Part shown: in pieces, positions 27,444 to 32,000 of the stretch
Layout of the letters: every line of letters starts with the position of its first letter
How positions within the stretch are numbered: the stretch's first letter is position 1
Source of the DNA: Cupriavidus necator
Lineage (GTDB): Bacteria > Pseudomonadota > Gammaproteobacteria > Burkholderiales > Burkholderiaceae
NCBI RefSeq assembly: GCF_016127575.1
Contig: NZ_CP066018.1
Location: forward strand, 900,001 to 932,000
Direction: 5' to 3'
DNA length: 32,000 bases
The notes under the pieces: model-generated
Told to the model about the DNA's origin: nothing
The model's database searches: none
What the model saw: only the letters and a program-made list of their open reading frames with translations
Translations under genes and position numbers: made by a program

Positions 27444-27638
27444 ATGACGCAAACCGCCACCATCATCGAAATCGGCGCTGAAGACATTCCGCTGCATTGC
27501 CCGACCGCCAACACCCCGGCATGGAACTACCATCCGCGCGTGTTCCTCGACGTGGCAGACACCGGCGAAGCCAAGTGCCCGTACTGCGGCACCGTCTACA
27601 AGCTCAAGCCGGGCACCGTGCTGAAGGGCCACCACTGA
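27444..27638 (+). CDS. Small zinc-ribbon protein (zf-CHCC / NDUFS6 C-terminal-like)
   Basis: It is 64 aa. The ligand pattern is H-C-P (LHCP) ... C-P-Y-C (KCPYCGTVY), with the conserved NYHPRVFLD between. Confidence 0.75.
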   Translation: MTQTATIIEIGAEDIPLHCPTANTPAWNYHPRVFLDVADTGEAKCPYCGTVYKLKPGTVLKGHH

Positions 27639-27666
27639 CCCGAGCCGCCCGCATTCGCACGATCCT

Positions 27667-27702
27667 GACGCTCCGGGCCGCTTGCAGGCGCCCCGGAGCG
27701 TC
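27667..27702. other. Strong GC-rich hairpin in the zinc-ribbon/waaF spacer (11-bp perfect stem)
   Basis: GACGCTCCGGG (27667-27677) pairs with CCCGGAGCGTC (27692-27702), with a 14-nt loop. The 8-mer GACGCTCC recurs at 27724-27731. Confidence 0.3.
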
Positions 27703-27756
27703 GGCATTGCCGGCGTCCGCGCCGACGCTCCCGTGCCGGCTCCAAGCGCCCCGCCC

Positions 27757-28779
27757 ATGAAGAAAGCCCTCGTCATCGCCCCCAACTGGATCGGCGACGC
27801 CCTGATGGCGCAGCCGCTCTTTGCGCTGCTCAAGGCGCGCCATCCGCGCCTGGTCATCGACGCACTCGCGCCCAAGTGGGTCGCGCCCGTGCTCGCGCGC
27901 ATGCCGGAGATCGGCCGCGTGTTCCCGTCCGACCTCGCGCACGGCAAGCTGCAGCTGTCGGCACGGCTGATGTTCGCGCAGCAGCTCAAGAACGAAGGCT
28001 ATGACCTCGCCTACGTGCTGCCGAACTCGCTCAAGTCGGCACTGGTCCCCTGGCTGGCCGGCATCCCGCTGCGCATCGGCTACCGCGGCGAAGCCCGCTT
28101 CGGCCTGCTCAACGTGCGCCACGCCAACCCGCCGCGCGACAAGCGCCCGCCGATGGTGGAGCACTACGCCCGCCTGGCGCTCAAGCCCGGCGCGCGCCTG
28201 CCCGAAGACCTGCCCGAGCCGCGCCTGCGCGTCGACCCGACGCGCATGGCGGCCACCGCCGAGCGCTTTGGCATCGCCCCGCACACGCGCGTGATCGCGT
28301 TCTGCCCGGGTGCCGAGTTCGGCCCGGCCAAGCGCTGGCCGGCCGGGCATTTCGCCAGGCTCGCGCAGATGCTGCGGCGTTCCTACCCGTATGCGCAGAT
28401 GATCACGCTGGGCTCGGCCAAGGACGCCGAGATCGCCGCCGAGATCGTCAGCGAGGCCCCGTTCGTGCGCAACCTGTGCGGCCAGACCTCGCTGGATGAC
28501 GCCGTGGACCTGCTGGCGCTCTCCGAAGCCGCGGTCTGCAACGACTCCGGCCTGATGCACGTCACCGCGGCGCTGAACCGGCCCCAGGTGGCGGTGTTCG
28601 GCTCGAGCGACCCGCGCCACACGCCGCCGTTGTCACAGGCAGCGAGTATCATGTGGCTGCAACTGGAGTGCAGTCCCTGCTTCAAGCGCGAGTGCCCGCT
28701 GGGCCACCTGCGCTGCCTGAAAGAGATCGAACCTGAAATGGTGTTCGTCGAGCTGCGCAAGCTGCTGCACCGGCCCTGA
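27757..28779 (+). CDS. waaF: ADP-heptose:LPS heptosyltransferase II
   Basis: It shows GT9 family motifs (KKALVIAPNWIGDALMAQP, YVLPNSLKSALVPWLAGIP, FCPGAEFGPAKRWP, AVCNDSGLMHVTAALNRP, SPCFKRECPLGH). The start is at ATG 27757. Confidence 0.9.
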   Translation: MKKALVIAPNWIGDALMAQPLFALLKARHPRLVIDALAPKWVAPVLARMPEIGRVFPSDLAHGKLQLSARLMFAQQLKNEGYDLAYVLPNSLKSALVPWLAGIPLRIGYRGEARFGLLNVRHANPPRDKRPPMVEHYARLALKPGARLPEDLPEPRLRVDPTRMAATAERFGIAPHTRVIAFCPGAEFGPAKRWPAGHFARLAQMLRRSYPYAQMITLGSAKDAEIAAEIVSEAPFVRNLCGQTSLDDAVDLLALSEAAVCNDSGLMHVTAALNRPQVAVFGSSDPRHTPPLSQAASIMWLQLECSPCFKRECPLGHLRCLKEIEPEMVFVELRKLLHRP

Positions 28780-28810
28780 CCTCACTGCCCTCGCCACTTC
28801 TACTGCCACC

Positions 28811-29251
28811 ATGCCTCGCTTTGCCCGCCTGTTCGATTCCGCCGAAGACATCGTCGAAGCCTTTCGCGAAGCGCTGAAGCTGCGCGACGCAGACGGCGCG
28901 CTGCGCCTGTGGCTGGACGAAGACTCGATCACCTGCGTGCTGCCCGACGGCCAGCGCCTGATCGGCCACGAACAGCTGCGCCAGGCCTTCCTGCAACTGC
29001 TGGAAGAACAGCCGGTGCTGGTCGATGCAATCGAGACCAGCAGCCATGCGTCGATGGCCGTGTCGATCTTCGACGTGACCGAGGCGCTGCGCTTCGGCGG
29101 CGACCGCGTCGAGGCCGACCTGTACGTGCACACCACCTATGTACTGATGCAGAACCACGAAGGCTGGCGCCTGGCGCATATCCACTGCAGCCCGGCCAAC
29201 GCGGTGCAGGTTGCCGCCGTGGCCGCCGCGCCGGGGCAGGCGCTGCACTGA
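28811..29251 (+). CDS. Small NTF2/SnoaL-like fold protein, function unknown
   Basis: It is 146 aa. The pattern (IVEAFREALKLRDADGALRLWLDED... GWRLAHIHCSP) resembles the DUF4440/ketosteroid-isomerase-like family. This assignment comes from general resemblance only. Confidence 0.6.
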   Translation: MPRFARLFDSAEDIVEAFREALKLRDADGALRLWLDEDSITCVLPDGQRLIGHEQLRQAFLQLLEEQPVLVDAIETSSHASMAVSIFDVTEALRFGGDRVEADLYVHTTYVLMQNHEGWRLAHIHCSPANAVQVAAVAAAPGQALH

Positions 29252-29297
29252 ACCCGCATGGCCGCCGCGCCGCGGCCTGCTGCAACACCACGCCGGC

Positions 29298-30392
29298 ATG
29301 ACGCAGCTTCCGCACCACCGCCTTCCCCAGGCCGTCCACGCCGCCCAGGCTGATCCCGCCACGGCGCCCGGCCATGGCTACGGCGAAGGCGTGCCGATGC
29401 CCTGGTGGCTGCGCGGCGGCCATGCCCAGACCATCATCCCCGCGCGCTTCACGCGCCGCCCGCCGCGCGTGAGCTTCCGCCGCGAGCGCTGGGATACCCC
29501 CGACCAGGACTTCATCGACCTCGACTGGACCACCCACCCGGTGCGCCCGGACACGCCGCTGGTGGTGATGTTCCACGGCCTGGAGGGCGATTCCGGCAGC
29601 CACTACGCGCAGGCGCTGATGCATGCGCTGTCCCTGCGCGGCTGGCAGGGCGTGGTCCCGCATTTCCGCGGCTGCTCGGGCGAGCTCAACCTGGCACCGC
29701 GCTTCTACCATTCGGGCGATTCGGCCGAGATCCGCTGGGTGCTGGAACGCATGCGCCAGCGCCACTGCGCCAACGGGCGCAAGCTGCTGGTGGTGGGGAT
29801 CTCGCTGGGCGGCAACGCATTGCTGCGCTTCCTGGGCGAGGACGGCACCAGCGCCGGCCACGTGCATGCGGCCGCGGCGATCTCCGCGCCGCTGGATCTG
29901 GCTGCCGGCGGCGCGGCGCTGTCGGCCGGCTTCAACCTGGTCTATACGCGCATGTTCCTGCAGACGCTCAAGCGCAAGTCGCTGGCCAAGCTGGGGCAGT
30001 TCCCGGGGCTGTTCGACCGCGACACGATGCTGGCCAGCCGCGACCTGTACGCCTTCGACAACGTCGTCACCGCGCCGCTGCACGGCTTTGTCGATACCGA
30101 CGACTACTGGCGCCGCGCCGCCAGCAAACCCGTGCTGCGCGACATCACCGTGCCCACGCTGGTGCTCAATGCGCGCAACGATCCCTTCCTGCCGGCCCGG
30201 CACCTGCCCGGCCCGGCCGACGCCAGCCCCCAGGTATGGCTGGAACAGCCCGAGCACGGCGGCCATGTCGGCTTCATGACCCCGCCCGAGGGCTGGCGCC
30301 GGCACCTGCCCCTGCTGCCCGACGGGCGCTTCAGCGGCGACATCGAATGGTTGCCGGCACGGATCCTGAGATTTTTTGACGGCATGATGTGA
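29298..30392 (+). CDS. Alpha/beta-fold hydrolase, YheT/ABHD1-3-like
   Basis: Motifs present are GGHAQTI, LVVMFHGLEGDSGSHY, the nucleophile elbow GISLGGN, the late acidic residue in NARNDPF, and HGGHVGF. The start is taken at ATG 29298. Confidence 0.85.
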   Translation: MTQLPHHRLPQAVHAAQADPATAPGHGYGEGVPMPWWLRGGHAQTIIPARFTRRPPRVSFRRERWDTPDQDFIDLDWTTHPVRPDTPLVVMFHGLEGDSGSHYAQALMHALSLRGWQGVVPHFRGCSGELNLAPRFYHSGDSAEIRWVLERMRQRHCANGRKLLVVGISLGGNALLRFLGEDGTSAGHVHAAAAISAPLDLAAGGAALSAGFNLVYTRMFLQTLKRKSLAKLGQFPGLFDRDTMLASRDLYAFDNVVTAPLHGFVDTDDYWRRAASKPVLRDITVPTLVLNARNDPFLPARHLPGPADASPQVWLEQPEHGGHVGFMTPPEGWRRHLPLLPDGRFSGDIEWLPARILRFFDGMM

Positions 30393-30432
30393 GGCGGGCG
30401 CAGTCCCCCCACGGCCCGCCGAGGAGACGGAC

Positions 30433-31023
30433 ATGGACGAGATCGTCAGGCAAGCCATGGCACGCTGGCCCAACGTGCCCAACGCCTACGGCTGGCTGGC
30501 ACTGGACCGCCGCGGCCAGTGGCGCCTGCGCAATGAGTACGCCCAGCAGCACGGGCTGTCGGGCGACCCCATCCGCCATGAAGCGCTGATCGGCTTTATC
30601 GAACGCAACTACCTGTGCGACGAGCGCGGCGCCTGGTACTTCCAGAACGGCCCGCAGCGGGTGTTCGTTTCGCTGGGCTATGCGCCGTGGGTGGTGCGGC
30701 TGCATGAAGGCGCGCTGCGCACGACCACGCAGCAGGCCTTCACGCTGCAGGCCTGCTACGCCGACGAGCACGGCAACGTGGTGCTGGCCGGCACGGTCGA
30801 GGGCATGGCGCAAGGCAGCCCGCCGGCACAGCAGGCCGCCCTGCTGCACGACCACGACCTGGAACTGTTCAGCGGCGCCAGCACCTGGCATGGCGAAGCC
30901 TGCGGCACTGACCTGGGCGTATTCCACCACGATGGCCGCGACATCCCGATCGAGCCGGTTGCCGAGAGCGAGGTGCCCAGGCGCTTTGGCTTCGTGCGCC
31001 AGCCGGCGCCGCCGGCTGGCTGA
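30433..31023 (+). CDS. Conserved hypothetical protein (no family recognised)
   Basis: It is a 196-aa ORF with the strong SD GAGGAGA 6 nt upstream and codon bias like its neighbours. There are no TM segments or recognisable motifs. It begins MDEIVRQAMARWPNVPNAYGWLALDRRGQWRL. Confidence 0.6.
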   Translation: MDEIVRQAMARWPNVPNAYGWLALDRRGQWRLRNEYAQQHGLSGDPIRHEALIGFIERNYLCDERGAWYFQNGPQRVFVSLGYAPWVVRLHEGALRTTTQQAFTLQACYADEHGNVVLAGTVEGMAQGSPPAQQAALLHDHDLELFSGASTWHGEACGTDLGVFHHDGRDIPIEPVAESEVPRRFGFVRQPAPPAG

Positions 31024-31032
31024 ACGCCTGCC

Positions 31033-32000
31033 TCAGTTAGGCATGCCCTTGCTGTCCTGCTTGTCCTCGCGGTACTGGCGCTCCAGCTGGTGCAGGCGCG
31101 CATCGACCTCGGACAGCGTGTAGAAGTCGCCGTCGCCGGCCTTGCGCGCGATCTGCAACTGCTCGATCGCGGCCTGGTAGGCGCCGTCCATCGCATACTT
31201 CTCGGCCAGCGCCTGGTGCTGCTGCAAGCGCTTGCCCTGGCCCGCGTAGGCGCGCGCCAGCAGCTCCCACCATTCGCTGCGGCTGGTCTCCTGGCGCGTG
31301 CGTTCGCGCAGGAAGCGCACGGCCTCTTCATAGCGGCCTGAGCCGACCAGGGTATCGGCATAGGCAATCGCCACCGCATGCGACAGCGCGAACGCCTTCA
31401 TCGACGCGCTGGCCTGGGACAGCGCCTCGGGCACGCGGCCCTGCGCGCGCGCCAGTTCCACCGCCATCACGTCCAGCATGGGGCTGCCCGAGGAGGCACC
31501 GGGAATATTGCCGTAGAGACGTCGCGCCTCGGCCAGCTCCTGTTCGGCGGCCGGGTAGCGGCCCAGCCGCTGCTCGGTGAAGGCAAGGCCGTAGTGCAGC
31601 GCCGGAGCGCGCAGTGCCGTTGCTCCCGGCAGTTGCGTGCGCAGCGCCGCGCGCAGGTTCTGCAGGTCGCTGGGCGACGATTCCTGGATCACGCGGGCCC
31701 GCATCCGCGCAAACTCGTATTCAGGCGTGTTGGCGACCTTGCGCTTGCTGGCATGGCTGACGCGGTCCTGCATGTCGGCAATCCGCTCGGAGGTCAGCGG
31801 GTGAGTCCGCACATAAGACGGGACCGAATTTTCCGCGGTCCCCGATGCGCGCTGCAGCCGCATGAAGAAATCGGGCATGCCCTGCGGGTCAAACCCCGCC
31901 GCGGTCAGGATCTGGAAGCCGACCCGGTCGGCCTCGCGCTCGGCCCCGCGCGAGAACGACAGCTGGTTGGCGATGGCCGCGCCCTGCCCGCCCATGGCCA
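31033..32000 (-). CDS. bepA: M48-family metalloprotease with C-terminal TPR repeats (BepA/YfgC-like). The N-terminus lies beyond the window.
   Basis: The frame is open to the window edge. It has the GAEREADRVGF motif (third zinc-ligand region of M48 peptidases), followed by TPR-like helices with repeated A..Y..A patterns. Confidence 0.85.
   Translation of the reverse strand, partial: AMGGQGAAIANQLSFSRGAEREADRVGFQILTAAGFDPQGMPDFFMRLQRASGTAENSVPSYVRTHPLTSERIADMQDRVSHASKRKVANTPEYEFARMRARVIQESSPSDLQNLRAALRTQLPGATALRAPALHYGLAFTEQRLGRYPAAEQELAEARRLYGNIPGASSGSPMLDVMAVELARAQGRVPEALSQASASMKAFALSHAVAIAYADTLVGSGRYEEAVRFLRERTRQETSRSEWWELLARAYAGQGKRLQQHQALAEKYAMDGAYQAAIEQLQIARKAGDGDFYTLSEVDARLHQLERQYREDKQDSKGMPN

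Overview
This is a high-GC (roughly two-thirds G+C by eye) proteobacterial chromosome segment. Gene content and order suggest a Cupriavidus/Ralstonia-type Burkholderiaceae genome: pgk-pyk-fba-purC-purE-purK-sua5 on the minus strand, azlCD, dacB, ilvE/zinc-ribbon/waaF, a Bug-family binding protein and GGGAGAGGG-type REP hairpins. That assignment is inference; no search was run. I support 28 protein-coding genes, two of them cut by the window edges. There is no rRNA, tRNA, CRISPR array, transposase, integrase or phage gene.

Most of the window is core housekeeping: glycolysis, purine synthesis, t6A, cell wall and LPS core.

The less ordinary parts are:
- The left 8.3 kb holds three small-molecule response modules side by side. 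These are an RND permease with a NodT outer-membrane factor, a divergent LysR + PACE (AceR/AceI-like) pair with a perfect LysR-box palindrome, and a PhzS-like flavin hydroxylase + orphan periplasmic binding protein + MarR operon preceded by a promoter-overlapping palindrome.
- Four copies of a ~50-nt REP-like element sit as two inverted pairs. One pair fills the purC-purE spacer.
- A likely accessory block (19.3-26.3 kb) lies between pgk and ilvE. It contains a 382-bp lower-GC spacer, two tandem paralogous LuxR-type regulators separated by an AT-rich polypurine tract, an orphan Bug binding-protein gene with a good sigma-54 -24/-12 motif, and a 1023-aa SNF2 ATPase with a ~540-aa unassigned N-terminal region.
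- A run of three poorly characterised genes lies at 28.8-31.0 kb.

I do not see a convincing new multi-gene system such as a defence operon. The findings below are leads, not discoveries. The many long opposite-strand and alternative-frame ORFs in the track are high-GC artefacts.
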